From Chloroflexota bacterium (lineage in GTDB: Bacteria > Chloroflexota > UBA11872), in contig JAJDVX010000007.1 in NCBI GenBank assembly GCA_022825895.1, positions 2,960-66,959 on the forward strand: DNA of 64,000 bases, given 5' to 3'. The stretch's first letter is position 1; every line of letters starts with the position of its first letter. Below, in pieces: positions 26,211 to 35,552 of this stretch. A model generated the notes under the pieces. That model was not told the DNA's origin. It was given only the letters and a program-made list of their open reading frames with translations, and searched no databases. The translations under genes were made by a program, and so were the position numbers.

Positions 26211-27331
26211 AGATCACGGGAATCGACGTCGTCATCAAGTTCGTGCGCTGGCGCGAATGGCTCTTCGTCCGCGTCTCGACCGATGAGGGCCTCTTTGGCT
26301 GGGGCGAAGGCTCCACCTCCGACCGCGGCCCCGCCGTCGCCGCCGTCGTCCGGCAATTCACCCCGCGCCTGCTCGGCCGCGACTCCTCCGCCATTGAGCT
26401 CATCTGGCGCGACCTCTACACCGGCTGGCGCGGCGGCCCCATCGTCAACAGCGCCATCTCCGCCATCGACGGCGCCCTCTGGGACCTGCAGGGCAAACGC
26501 TACGGCGTCCCCGTCTGGAAGCTGCTGGGCGGACCCGTCCGTCGCAAAGTCCGCGTCTACGCCGGCGGCGTCTCCCGCTGGATGGACTCTGTGGCCGACC
26601 ACGTGGAAGGCGCCATCCGCGCCCAGCGCGAGGGCTACCGCGGCGTCAAGGTCACCCCCTTCGGCTCGCCCGACCAGCGCACCGGTGTTGCCGCCATCCG
26701 CTTCGCCGCCGAACTCGTCGAAGGCATCCGCGAAGCCACCGGCCCCGACTTCGAAATCCACATCGAGTGCGCCGAGCGCCTCACCCCGCGCCTCGCCATC
26801 GAAGCATCCCAGGCCCTCGCGCCCTCCCGTCCGGTCTGGCTGGAAGAACCCATCCCCGCCGAGAACGTCAAGGCCATGTGCGCCCTCGCCCCGCGCATGG
26901 CCACGCCCATTGCCTGCGGCGAAAAACTCTTCAGCCGCCAGGACTACCGCGAACTGATTGAGGGCCAGGGCGCCGCCTTCATCCAGCCCGATCTGACCCA
27001 TGCCGGCGGCATCACCGAGGTCCGCAAAGTCGCCGCCGCCGCCGAGACGTACTACATCCAGGTCGCCCCCCATAACTCCGGCGGCCCCATCTCCGCCGCC
27101 ATGGCCATGCAGATCGCCGCCGTCACCCCCAACTTCCAGGTCCTCGAAACCGCCTACCCCGAGGCTGAACTCCGCCGCCGCGTCGCCGGTGAGTCCATGG
27201 AAGTCCACGACGGATACATGCACCTCAGCGACAAACCCGGCCTGGGCATCGACGACCTCAACCTCGACGCACTCGACGACGAAGCCGACGGTCCCGAACC
27301 CTCCTATCCTTGGCGAACCTTCATCGAGTAG
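26207..27331 (+). CDS. Enolase-superfamily (mandelate racemase/muconate lactonizing, galactonate-dehydratase-like) enzyme
   Basis: 374 aa. Motifs: MKITGIDVVI...LFVRVSTDEGLFGWGEGS, ...AIDGALWDLQGK, ...EEPIPAEN, ...AGGITE. Confidence 0.8.
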   Translation: MKITGIDVVIKFVRWREWLFVRVSTDEGLFGWGEGSTSDRGPAVAAVVRQFTPRLLGRDSSAIELIWRDLYTGWRGGPIVNSAISAIDGALWDLQGKRYGVPVWKLLGGPVRRKVRVYAGGVSRWMDSVADHVEGAIRAQREGYRGVKVTPFGSPDQRTGVAAIRFAAELVEGIREATGPDFEIHIECAERLTPRLAIEASQALAPSRPVWLEEPIPAENVKAMCALAPRMATPIACGEKLFSRQDYRELIEGQGAAFIQPDLTHAGGITEVRKVAAAAETYYIQVAPHNSGGPISAAMAMQIAAVTPNFQVLETAYPEAELRRRVAGESMEVHDGYMHLSDKPGLGIDDLNLDALDDEADGPEPSYPWRTFIE

Positions 27332-27404
27332 CCGCGTCGCATCCCGCATCGACCCCGAAGGCGTACACTCTCCCCAAATCTGCAGGCCGCCCCCGGAGGC
27401 CGCC

Positions 27405-27818
27405 ATGTTCGACGCCGTTCACCACATCGCCTACGTCGTGCCCGACCGCGAAGCCGCCCTGGCCCTGTTCCAGGAAAAGCTGGGCATGACCCCCTTCAAG
27501 ATCTGGGAGTCGGAGGAAGAAGGCAACGCCTACGCCGCCCTCCGGATCGGCGACACCGACAGCTACCTCGAGATCATCTGCCCAACCAACGACGAGGTCA
27601 GCAACTTCGCCGCCCATCTGCACGAGCACGGTCCCAGCGTCCACCACGTCGCCTTCCGCGACGACGCGATGGACGACACGCTGGCCACCCTCAGCGGCGA
27701 ACACGGCATTGGCGGCACCGCCCCGATCGTGAGCTCGTCCGACTGGCGCATCTCGTTCCTCGACACCGACAAGACCCTGGGCGTGGGACTGCAACTGGTT
27801 GACGGGAGGCATCTCTAA
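27405..27818 (+). CDS. VOC/glyoxalase-family protein (methylmalonyl-CoA-epimerase-like)
   Basis: Protein from MFDAVHHIAYVVPDREAALALFQEKLGM, ...HHVAF, ... Confidence 0.65.
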   Translation: MFDAVHHIAYVVPDREAALALFQEKLGMTPFKIWESEEEGNAYAALRIGDTDSYLEIICPTNDEVSNFAAHLHEHGPSVHHVAFRDDAMDDTLATLSGEHGIGGTAPIVSSSDWRISFLDTDKTLGVGLQLVDGRHL

Positions 27819-28588
27819 TGGCTGCTATGACTGTGACGGCAAACGGCGTCGAGACCGACCTGGGCCCGGTAACACAGGCCCGCCTGACCGAACGCGGCCC
27901 CGCCATCTGGCTGGCCGGCGACCCTGAAGACCTCAAGGTCTGGCTGCCCCGCGGCGGCTACGGCATCGTCACCAACACCGTCGTCCTGGACGACATGACC
28001 CAGAAGTACGGGCAACTCACCGAAGTCGTCCGCCGCTACCTCGACATCACCGACAAGCAGGTCGTCGTCGAGATCGACGGCCACACCACCGCCGAACTCC
28101 TGGACGTCGCCCACGTCTTCACCCGGATGTCCGACCAGATCGTCATCAAGATCCCCTGCGCCACCCAGGGCCTGGAAGCCTTTTCCACCCTGGCCGCCGA
28201 AGGCGTCGAGACTTTTTGCACGACGACATTCAGCCTCACGCAGGCCGCGGTGGTCGCGCAGGCCGGCGCCACCCACATCCTGCCCTTCTGCGAGCCCTAC
28301 AAGGGCGTCGGCGTGGATCCGGTCTGGCACGTGCGCGAGTGCGCGGACATGTTTGCCGGCTGGGAACAGCGGCCCTACATCACCGCCGCCCTCGTCCGCT
28401 CGGTCGACGTTGCCAACGCCGCCCTACAGGCCGGCGCCGACGGCATCATCGTCTTCTGGGAAGTCTTCCGCGACATGCTCCACAACCCCCTCACCGACGA
28501 GTGGAACGCCACCTTCCTCACCGCCTGGGAAAGAATGCACGAGGCCGGTCTCCTCGAAGGCGTCCCGGTAGCCGAGGCATCCCACTAG
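27818..28588 (+). CDS. Transaldolase/fructose-6-phosphate-aldolase-family protein
   Basis: 256 aa. Motifs: GIVTNTVVL, ...VIKIPCATQGLEAFSTLAAEGVETFCTTTFSL.QAAVVAQAGATHILPF. Its start overlaps the upstream stop as TAATG. Confidence 0.55.
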   Translation: MAAMTVTANGVETDLGPVTQARLTERGPAIWLAGDPEDLKVWLPRGGYGIVTNTVVLDDMTQKYGQLTEVVRRYLDITDKQVVVEIDGHTTAELLDVAHVFTRMSDQIVIKIPCATQGLEAFSTLAAEGVETFCTTTFSLTQAAVVAQAGATHILPFCEPYKGVGVDPVWHVRECADMFAGWEQRPYITAALVRSVDVANAALQAGADGIIVFWEVFRDMLHNPLTDEWNATFLTAWERMHEAGLLEGVPVAEASH

Positions 28589-28682
28589 CTCTACCGGCAC
28601 TTCGCGATGCGCCGTCCTCCCGCCGTAGGGGCGCTTCGCGAAGCGCCCACTTCCGCGCACGCAGCCGGAGGATCCGCTAGAC

Positions 28683-29177
28683 GTGGCCAAGACTGTGGAA
28701 CCAGCACGACCCGGCCCACCCGTCACCGCCCCCGACGGCGTCGTCGTCTATCCCATCGACCTCACCCCCTGCGCCCACCTCGCCCTGGCCGAAGGCGACA
28801 TCCAGCCCGGCCGCACCTACGGCATCCACGCCCACTTGACGCTCGAACAGGTCACCTACGTCCTCTCCGGCCGCATCCGCGCCATCACCCACGAGCCACA
28901 GACTGGCAAGACCCAGGAAATCCACGGCAACGCCGGCCAGTCCATCGTCACCCTCCCCGGCCACTCGCTCCAATTCGCCGCGGCCGACGACTCACCTGCC
29001 CGCGTCCTCTTCATCACCAGCCCGCCCTACCCCGCCGACCACAGCGACACCGTCACCCTTGGCACCCACCGTCCGCTGTCCGAAGCCGAGCGCACGGGCC
29101 TCGCCAACCGGCGAAAAACGGTTCTCCGCGAATTCCGCCGTGCCATCGACCGCCCACCGCCGAATACTGAGCGCTAA
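28683..29177 (+). CDS. Cupin-domain protein
   Basis: 164 aa. The segment YGIHAHLTLEQVTYVLSGRIRAI...GQSIVTLPGHSLQF has the two-motif cupin pattern. GTG start. Confidence 0.55.
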   Translation: MAKTVEPARPGPPVTAPDGVVVYPIDLTPCAHLALAEGDIQPGRTYGIHAHLTLEQVTYVLSGRIRAITHEPQTGKTQEIHGNAGQSIVTLPGHSLQFAAADDSPARVLFITSPPYPADHSDTVTLGTHRPLSEAERTGLANRRKTVLREFRRAIDRPPPNTER

Positions 29178-29286
29178 TTGCCGCCTCCGGCTCTCACCAA
29201 GCCCTCAGCGGCGCCATCAGTAGGTCGGCGTCACCCTATGCTCAACCTCGCCGACCTGCGGCAAGCATCTTCGAAGGACCCTCGAG

Positions 29287-29694
29287 ATGATCAGACACCT
29301 CGCCGGAATCGCGGAAATCGTAGACGACCTGGAGGCCGCGGTTAGCTTCTACCGCGACGTCCTCGGCCTGGAAGTCGACGACTCCGAGTCCGCCGACTAC
29401 GCGTCCGTCAAGATCCCGGGCGTCATCCACTTCGGCCTCTGGAGCCGCGAAGCCGCCGCCGAAGCCACCTACGGCGACAGGACGGCAGTCGACCGAGTCA
29501 CTCCGGGCCTCACCATCGAGTTCGAAGTCGACGAGGTTCCCGCCGCCTCCCAGGCCCTTGCACGCCGGGGGCTGAAGCTAATCCACGGGCCCAAGGTGGA
29601 ACCATGGGGCCAAACCACGGCCCGCTTTTCGTTGCCGAGCGGCGCACTTTGCGGCATCGCCGAAACACCCTGGGCTCGACGAATCGAGACATAG
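29287..29694 (+). CDS. VOC/glyoxalase-family protein
   Basis: 135 aa. MIRHLAGIAEIVDDLEAAVSFYRDVLGLEV, ... Confidence 0.65.
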   Translation: MIRHLAGIAEIVDDLEAAVSFYRDVLGLEVDDSESADYASVKIPGVIHFGLWSREAAAEATYGDRTAVDRVTPGLTIEFEVDEVPAASQALARRGLKLIHGPKVEPWGQTTARFSLPSGALCGIAETPWARRIET

Positions 29695-29764
29695 CGGCAC
29701 GCCGGAGGCCGCACAATCGACAAGAGTCCTGTCCCTCGGCCAAGCCATCGGCCAGAGCGTCGGG

Positions 29765-30784
29765 CTAGTCCAAACTCACCGTCTGCGGCGCCGCCTTCGT
29801 CGGCGGCCCATACGTCGCGTGCAGTCGCCCCTCTAGCGGCTCCGCCACGATCGCCGAATTCGTCAGGATCCCGTCCACCTCCGTCGTCTCCCGGCAGATC
29901 GACTTCGGGTGGTCCGACTGATCCGACAGGATGGCAAAACCGGCCGACACGTCGAACGCGCCCCGACGTTCAGCCAGCGCTGCGTTCACCCGGTGGTGGC
30001 GCGCCCCGGCGCTCGGGCATCTCGTTTCATAGCAATCCAGCGCCCGATCCGCCGGCTCCGGCGAGACAATCATGTTCGCGTGGCCAATCGCGTCGCGCCC
30101 GCCGTCCAGCCAGATCTGCCGGCCCGGCAATTGCTCCAGCACACCCACATTCCCCGCGGCGTCGCTGAACCCAATTGCGCCAGTGCCGTCGTCCGAAATA
30201 GCCCCGGCCAGTTCGCGCATCGCGGATACGCTGTCGCACTCCAGCAGCATTCGTTTGAGCAACGGGCCGCCGCCGCCGCCGGGATTGTCGATATAGAGCG
30301 ACATCCCCCACAGCGACACCCCGGTCGAGCTGATTCCAATCTGCGCCAGGTGCCCCGCGTAGCTGAAGCTCAGAATCGCCGGACGTCCCCTGGGCCGGAC
30401 CTTCAGCACTATCGACCGCTCATTCGCCCCCGGTCCCGTGTCCTTTGTCTGCCCCGCGTACACCGTCCCGTTACCCGTAAACTCCGGCCCCACCGCAAAC
30501 GCCGTACACGCCTCCGGCGCCCGCATCCCCCACTGCAACCACAGCGCCGCCCGCTCGTCGATACCCGCCCCATCCGCAATCCCCCGCACCTCATCCAGCA
30601 AATGCGGCGCCCAGCCCTTCACAAACGCCTCAACGCCCGCCACATGCCGAAACGCCGCATCCCGATCCTGCCCGCCAAGCCTCGCCTCAACCTCCGCCCC
30701 AACCATCCCCGCCACCGCCGCCCCATGCACCCGCCCCACCTCATACGGCGAACCAGCGGTATCAACAACAGGAAAGGTAGGCAT
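29765..30784 (-). CDS. Peptidase C45 / acyl-CoA:6-aminopenicillanic-acid acyltransferase-family protein
   Basis: Protein from MPTFPVVDTAGSPYEVGRVHG. The likely N-terminal-nucleophile Cys is in EACTAFAVGPEFTGNGTVYAGQTKD. Confidence 0.55.
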   Translation of the reverse strand: MPTFPVVDTAGSPYEVGRVHGAAVAGMVGAEVEARLGGQDRDAAFRHVAGVEAFVKGWAPHLLDEVRGIADGAGIDERAALWLQWGMRAPEACTAFAVGPEFTGNGTVYAGQTKDTGPGANERSIVLKVRPRGRPAILSFSYAGHLAQIGISSTGVSLWGMSLYIDNPGGGGGPLLKRMLLECDSVSAMRELAGAISDDGTGAIGFSDAAGNVGVLEQLPGRQIWLDGGRDAIGHANMIVSPEPADRALDCYETRCPSAGARHHRVNAALAERRGAFDVSAGFAILSDQSDHPKSICRETTEVDGILTNSAIVAEPLEGRLHATYGPPTKAAPQTVSLD

Positions 30785-30911
30785 CAGATCCAAGTCAATT
30801 CCGACTGAAGTTTCAGGACGACGTGAGCTTGGGCCCTCTGCGATCGGAACGCGAAGATTACCCGGGACGTCGATCGTCGCCTGCTGCGATCCACTAACAG
30901 GTCGGTCCGCA

Positions 30912-31331
30912 TCAGAGAATCTGGAATCCCTCCCGCTCCGCTGCGGTCGCAAGCCGGGTGTCACTACTGACAAAGTTCATGCTCACCGGATCTTCCTCGG
31001 CAGCAGTCAGGGCTGCGGCTAACTGCAGGGCGTCGGCGCCTCGAAGAGCGTGGACTCGTACAAGCCGCAATGCTCGCCGACGTACGCGTTCCGTCGGCGG
31101 CACCTCCAGCCACGTGCCGCCGAGGTTCTGCAAGTACTCGTGGGATTGGCGGAGCGTGCCAGCATCAAGGCGACCCTCGCGACGGAGCCGGCTAAGCGCC
31201 GACGCGCACTCAACCAGGCTGCCCCACCAGGTCACAATGCCGTCACTCTGCCTGAGCAACGCTTCCCGCTGAGCGCTTGTCTTCTCTTCCACCAGGAGGG
31301 CGACGAGAGCCGAAGAGTCCCAGTAGTTCAG
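30912..31331 (-). CDS. vapC: PIN-domain ribonuclease toxin VapC (apparent CTG start)
   Basis: PIN pattern LNYWDSSALVALLVEE...WWGSLVECASAL...ADALQLAAAL...FVSSDTRL. The first canonical start (GTG 31292) would delete the first acidic PIN residue. A CTG at 31331 overlaps the antitoxin stop as CTGA. Confidence 0.65.
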   Translation of the reverse strand: MNYWDSSALVALLVEEKTSAQREALLRQSDGIVTWWGSLVECASALSRLRREGRLDAGTLRQSHEYLQNLGGTWLEVPPTERVRRRALRLVRVHALRGADALQLAAALTAAEEDPVSMNFVSSDTRLATAAEREGFQIL

Positions 31332-31627
31332 AGGCCTTCGCTTCTCTCCGCCACCACAATCTCGCTGGCGCTCAAACCCTCGCCAATTCGCGGGCGGGGC
31401 CGGGCCAGGAATTCCTCCACGTCGAGCCTGGCCCTCGGCGGACGAACGACACCTCGCTTCACCAGCGCCGCAGCCGCCTCATCATCCGCCAATCCCATCG
31501 ACTGGTAAGGCTCGAGCCGAGCCACAGGCTTGCCGTGGTGTGTAATCAATACGGTCTCACCACGACGGACCTCGTCCAGCAGCGCGCTCAGCCCGTTCTT
31601 CGCTTCGCTCACACTGGCGCTTTTCAT
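31328..31627 (-). CDS. Phd/YefM-family antitoxin
   Basis: 99 aa. MKSASVSEAKNGLSALLDEVRRGETVLITHHGKPVARLEPY. Confidence 0.7.
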   Translation of the reverse strand: MKSASVSEAKNGLSALLDEVRRGETVLITHHGKPVARLEPYQSMGLADDEAAAALVKRGVVRPPRARLDVEEFLARPRPRIGEGLSASEIVVAERSEGL

Positions 31628-31772
31628 ATAGCCAGTCTAGCTACATTTCGTTTGCCGTGAAAGCCGAACAGACGCCTGCCAGAGGGCTCATCGATTGCTC
31701 GCCCTGTCCCCATGATCATCAGCTTCCATCGCTCGTGCATAATGGCCGCCCTTTTTCGCCGAGCAGCGTGCG

Positions 31773-32498
31773 ATGCCCGACGAAAGCGATCCCACCGGCT
31801 GGCAGGCCTTCGCCTCGGAGTACATCCGCTTCGTCGACGAAGGCGACCCCAGCCGAACCATGCTGCTGGACGACGTCATGCTCGAGGAGTGCGGTGGCGT
31901 TTGCGGCAAGCTCGTTCTCGATGTCGGCGCCGGCGAAGGCCGCTTCAGCCGCATGCTCGCCCAGCGCGGCGCCCGCACCATTGCCCTTGACCTTCTGTGG
32001 CCCATGGTCCTGGCCGCCCGACATCGCGCGCCCGGCCGCGCTGCCGTCGTCAGGGCCCCTGCCACCGCCTTGCCCATCGCCTCATCAACCGTCGACATCG
32101 TCGTCAGCTACGTCGTCTGGGTCGATGTCCCCGACTTCCGCACGGCCATCGCCGAAGCCGCCCGCGTCCTCAAGCCCGGCGGTCACCTCGTCGCCGCCAA
32201 CCTCGGCTTCATCACCGCCTCCCCCGGCTGGCAACGCGCCCCCGACGGCCGCCGCCTCTTCCGCCCCATCGACCAGTACGTCGACGAGCGCCCCATCACC
32301 CTCAACTGGCGCGGCCACAACGTCGTCAACTGGCACCGCCCCCTCAGCGCCTACATGCAGGCCTACCTCTCCGCCAACCTCATCCTCCGCCGCTTCCTCG
32401 AACCCGTCCCACCCGACGACACCCTCCGCAACAACCCCCGCTTCGAAGACTGGTACCGCATCCCCGAATTCACCGTCATGCGCTGGCGGAAGCCCTAG
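31773..32498 (+). CDS. Class I SAM-dependent methyltransferase
   Basis: 241 aa. Motif I is VLDVGAGEGRFSRMLAQRGARTIALDL, followed by LKPGGHLV. Confidence 0.75.
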   Translation: MPDESDPTGWQAFASEYIRFVDEGDPSRTMLLDDVMLEECGGVCGKLVLDVGAGEGRFSRMLAQRGARTIALDLLWPMVLAARHRAPGRAAVVRAPATALPIASSTVDIVVSYVVWVDVPDFRTAIAEAARVLKPGGHLVAANLGFITASPGWQRAPDGRRLFRPIDQYVDERPITLNWRGHNVVNWHRPLSAYMQAYLSANLILRRFLEPVPPDDTLRNNPRFEDWYRIPEFTVMRWRKP

Positions 32499-32632
32499 CG
32501 CCGCGCCCAGCCGGAATCGCGTCGCGGCCGCAGCGAATGCGAACGTCGCCGGATTCCTGGCCAGCGAATTAGGATGAACCAGGAACATTCCTACCGGATG
32601 CTCGCCATGCCCCCTCACGCAAAGATCGCCAC

Positions 32633-33892
32633 ATGACCACGGGAGCAGAGCCGAAGGAAGGACCCTACGCCGCTGCCCTAGCCCAGTTCGACCAGGCGGC
32701 CGACCAGATCGAACTGGACGCCAATCTGCGCGAGGTACTGCGCTGTCCCAAACGCGAGCTCACGGTCAACTTCCCGGTCGAGATGGACGACGGTTCAATC
32801 ACCTGCTTCACCGGCTACCGCGTCCAGCACAACGTCACTCGCGGCCCGGCCAAGGGCGGCATCCGCTACCACCCCAGCGCCGACCTGGACGAAGTCCGCG
32901 CCCTGGCCATGTGGATGACCTGGAAGTGCGCGGTCATGAACCTCCCCTACGGCGGAGCCAAGGGCGGCGTGACCGTGGATCCGCGCACCCTCAGCCGCCA
33001 CGAACTGGAGAACCTCACCCGGCGCTACGCCACTGAGATCATTCCGCTGATGGGCCCCGACAGCGACATCCCAGCCCCGGACATGGGCACCAACATGCAG
33101 GTGATGGCCTGGATCATGGACACCTATTCCATGCACGTGGGCTACTCGGTTCCCGCGGTGGTCACGGGCAAGCCCGTGGCCATCGGCGGATCGGAGGGCC
33201 GCGAAAGGGCCACGTCCCGAGGCCTGCTGGTGGCTACGCAGGCCATGCTGGAGCGGCTGAGACGTCCCGCAACCGGAACTGTCGCCATCCAGGGCGCCGG
33301 CAACGTAGGCCTGAACGCGCTACAACTCTTCAGCGAGGCCGGATTCACAGTCGTCGCCATCAGCGACAGCAGCGGTGGTGTATACGACCGGACGGGGCTC
33401 GATACGTCGCAGGTATACACACACGTTTCGGATGGCGGTTGGCTGGCCGACTTCAGCGAAGCCGAGCGATTCTCCAACGCCGACCTGCTGGCGCTGGACG
33501 TCGATGTGCTGGCGCCGTCCGCCATAGAAGGCCAGATACACGCCGGCAACGCCGCGAAAGTGCGCGCCGAAGTAATCGTCGAAGGCGCCAACGGTCCGAT
33601 TACGCCGGAGGCCGACACCCTGCTGAACGACCGCGGCGTGGTGGTCATTCCCGACATCCTGGCCAATGCTGGAGGAGTGACGGTGTCCTATTACGAATGG
33701 GTACAGGGCATGCAGCACTTCTTCTGGAGCCGCGAGGAGATCAGCAAGCTGCTGGCGGATCACATGCGGCGGGCCGCGCAAGAAGTCTGGGACATGGCTC
33801 AGAATCGTGGCGTCAACTTGCGCGAGGCGGCCTACCAGATCGCCGTGGGACGCGTGGCCGAGGCCACCCAGCTTCGAGGAATCTATCCCTAG
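32633..33892 (+). CDS. gdhA: Glutamate dehydrogenase (Glu/Leu/Phe/Val dehydrogenase family)
   Basis: Motifs: GPAKGGIRYHP; MTWKCAVMNLPYGGAKGGV; Rossmann VAIQGAGNVG. Confidence 0.9.
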   Translation: MTTGAEPKEGPYAAALAQFDQAADQIELDANLREVLRCPKRELTVNFPVEMDDGSITCFTGYRVQHNVTRGPAKGGIRYHPSADLDEVRALAMWMTWKCAVMNLPYGGAKGGVTVDPRTLSRHELENLTRRYATEIIPLMGPDSDIPAPDMGTNMQVMAWIMDTYSMHVGYSVPAVVTGKPVAIGGSEGRERATSRGLLVATQAMLERLRRPATGTVAIQGAGNVGLNALQLFSEAGFTVVAISDSSGGVYDRTGLDTSQVYTHVSDGGWLADFSEAERFSNADLLALDVDVLAPSAIEGQIHAGNAAKVRAEVIVEGANGPITPEADTLLNDRGVVVIPDILANAGGVTVSYYEWVQGMQHFFWSREEISKLLADHMRRAAQEVWDMAQNRGVNLREAAYQIAVGRVAEATQLRGIYP

Positions 33893-34434
33893 TCGCGCAG
33901 AATTCCGCGGACAGCTGCCCAGCTGAACGGACGGCCGCTGTCGAAGGTCGCGCCGACTTCAGCAAACTGGTCACGGCCTTCATCGCTGGGGTTATAGAGC
34001 TGGGTCGGCGAGTTCAGCAAAATCGCTGGACGGTCGCCGGCAACCATGAAGCCGTGGTGTACGAGCCTGGGAATTAACACCGTGTATTGCGCGTCGTCCG
34101 GCTGGGACTGGCCCATCGGCAGCAAGTCCAGCGTGCCTGCGGTTGGTGAGCCGTCCCTACCGTCCCAGAGAGCCAGGATGATGTCACCGGCGGCCACCAC
34201 GAAACGGTCTTCCTGGTGCTCATGGACATGCCATTCGTCCTCGTCGCGAGCCAACCAGGCAGGTGTGGTGGAAAAATAGGTCTGCGCGAAGGGACGGCGC
34301 TCGTCCTCATAGACATCGGTCCAGTCCGTCCGCAGAATCTCCACGAGAGAGCCGGACGCATCGCGATTGACGCGCAGCGGTCGCGCAGCCGCGTCGTGGA
34401 TACGCAGGCGAAGCGTGGTCAGGTCAACGTCGAT
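33889..34434 (-). CDS. RmlC-like cupin (dTDP-4-dehydrorhamnose 3,5-epimerase-like), start unresolved
   Basis: The track ORF starts at GTG 34344. The same frame is open back to the mobA stop (34468) and encodes ...LRLRIHDAAARPLRVNRDASGSLVEIL, which matches the conserved D-x-RG-x-L-x-E region. No ATG/GTG/TTG is available upstream. The end coordinate given is the ATC at 34434; CTG 34422 is another option. Confidence 0.5.
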   Translation of the reverse strand: MDVDLTTLRLRIHDAAARPLRVNRDASGSLVEILRTDWTDVYEDERRPFAQTYFSTTPAWLARDEDEWHVHEHQEDRFVVAAGDIILALWDGRDGSPTAGTLDLLPMGQSQPDDAQYTVLIPRLVHHGFMVAGDRPAILLNSPTQLYNPSDEGRDQFAEVGATFDSGRPFSWAAVRGILRD

Positions 34435-34467
34435 GAGCGTTCGATTCGAGAATCCAGTGCCACAAGT

Positions 34468-35106
34468 TTAGGCGACTTCGGTTCTCTGACGTCCGGCCAG
34501 GTCTAACGCGCGTTGGTATTCCTCCGGCCTATTGAGATTCCAGAACGACTGGAGGTTCGGATCGAGCCTGCGAACGTCGGCCTCCGGAACTTCGGTAGCC
34601 GACACCGCGCGGAATAGAAGCGCGATCTTGAGTTCGCGGCGCTCGATCTGTCGGCGGGCCGGGACCAACACCGTCTTTCGGTACACCGCATGCAGCGGCT
34701 CCGGACGGCCGTCGGTCACGGGCACCACGGCATCCGCACGAGTGGCGCGCCGCACCAGATGGCGAATCAGATTCAGGTTGAAAAAGGGCATATCGGCCGC
34801 TGCAACGAACGCGAGGTCGTATGCCGCGGCAGCCAAGCCGCTGTAGATTCCGCCCAGGCTCCCGGATCGCGGGTACAGGTCGCCCACGACGCGCGCGCCT
34901 GCCACACCCGGATCGTCGTTTGCCACCAGCACCACGTCGTCCGACAGCCGCGAGACGGTGGCCACCACGTGGCCAAGCAACGTCTGCGGTGAGCCATCAG
35001 CCGCCGGTGCCCACGGCAGCGCCCGCTTGTCGCGGCCCATGCGTCGGCTCTGCCCTCCAGCCAGGATGACGACCGAGAACCGAGGGGAAGTCACCGCGAT
35101 GGACAT
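34468..35106 (-). CDS. mobA: Molybdenum cofactor guanylyltransferase
   Basis: Motifs: [21 protein letters not shown], ...[10 protein letters not shown], ...VAAADMPF. Confidence 0.8.
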   Translation of the reverse strand: MSIAVTSPRFSVVILAGGQSRRMGRDKRALPWAPAADGSPQTLLGHVVATVSRLSDDVVLVANDDPGVAGARVVGDLYPRSGSLGGIYSGLAAAAYDLAFVAAADMPFFNLNLIRHLVRRATRADAVVPVTDGRPEPLHAVYRKTVLVPARRQIERRELKIALLFRAVSATEVPEADVRRLDPNLQSFWNLNRPEEYQRALDLAGRQRTEVA

Positions 35107-35175
35107 CCGTTGACTTCACGCACCGGCCTGCCTACGCTCGAATCAGAACGTCCGGTAGTTCTCCAAGGAGCTCCA

Positions 35176-35508
35176 ATGGCAGCGCCCGAAGCCGTAGGCG
35201 ACAGCGATTTCCAGTCCAAAGTTCTCGAAGCCTCCACCCCGGTCCTGGTGGATTTCTGGGCCGAGTGGTGCGGTCCCTGCAAGATGATCGCCCCAATTGT
35301 GGACGAATTGGCCGAGGAGTACGACGGCCGGGTTGGCTTTGCCAAGGTCGACGTTGACGCCAATCCCATGACGCCCGGCCAGTTTGGCATCCGCGGCATT
35401 CCGACATTGCTCGTATTCAAGGACGGAGCCGAAGTCGGACGCATCGTTGGGTTCCGCCCGAAGTCGGATCTCGCCGCCGCCCTCGACCAGGCGCTGAACG
35501 GGGCGTAA
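35176..35508 (+). CDS. trxA: Thioredoxin
   Basis: [33 protein letters not shown] lies 6 nt upstream of the ATG at 35176. Confidence 0.9.
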   Translation: MAAPEAVGDSDFQSKVLEASTPVLVDFWAEWCGPCKMIAPIVDELAEEYDGRVGFAKVDVDANPMTPGQFGIRGIPTLLVFKDGAEVGRIVGFRPKSDLAAALDQALNGA

Positions 35509-35552
35509 CACCCACCCAGCACGTCATCCGGACCCTCGGCGATTTGGATCTG

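Noticed and set aside
25829-27406. 525-aa minus-strand ORF
   Set aside because: It is antisense to nth and the enolase-superfamily gene. The translation is Gly/Asp/Ala/Val low complexity, typical of the opposite strand of GC-rich genes. The plus-strand genes have clear family motifs.
31657-32577. 306-aa Pro/Ser/Thr/Ala-rich plus-strand ORF
   Set aside because: It is an alternative frame of the SAM-methyltransferase gene (31773..32498), which has a clear motif I.
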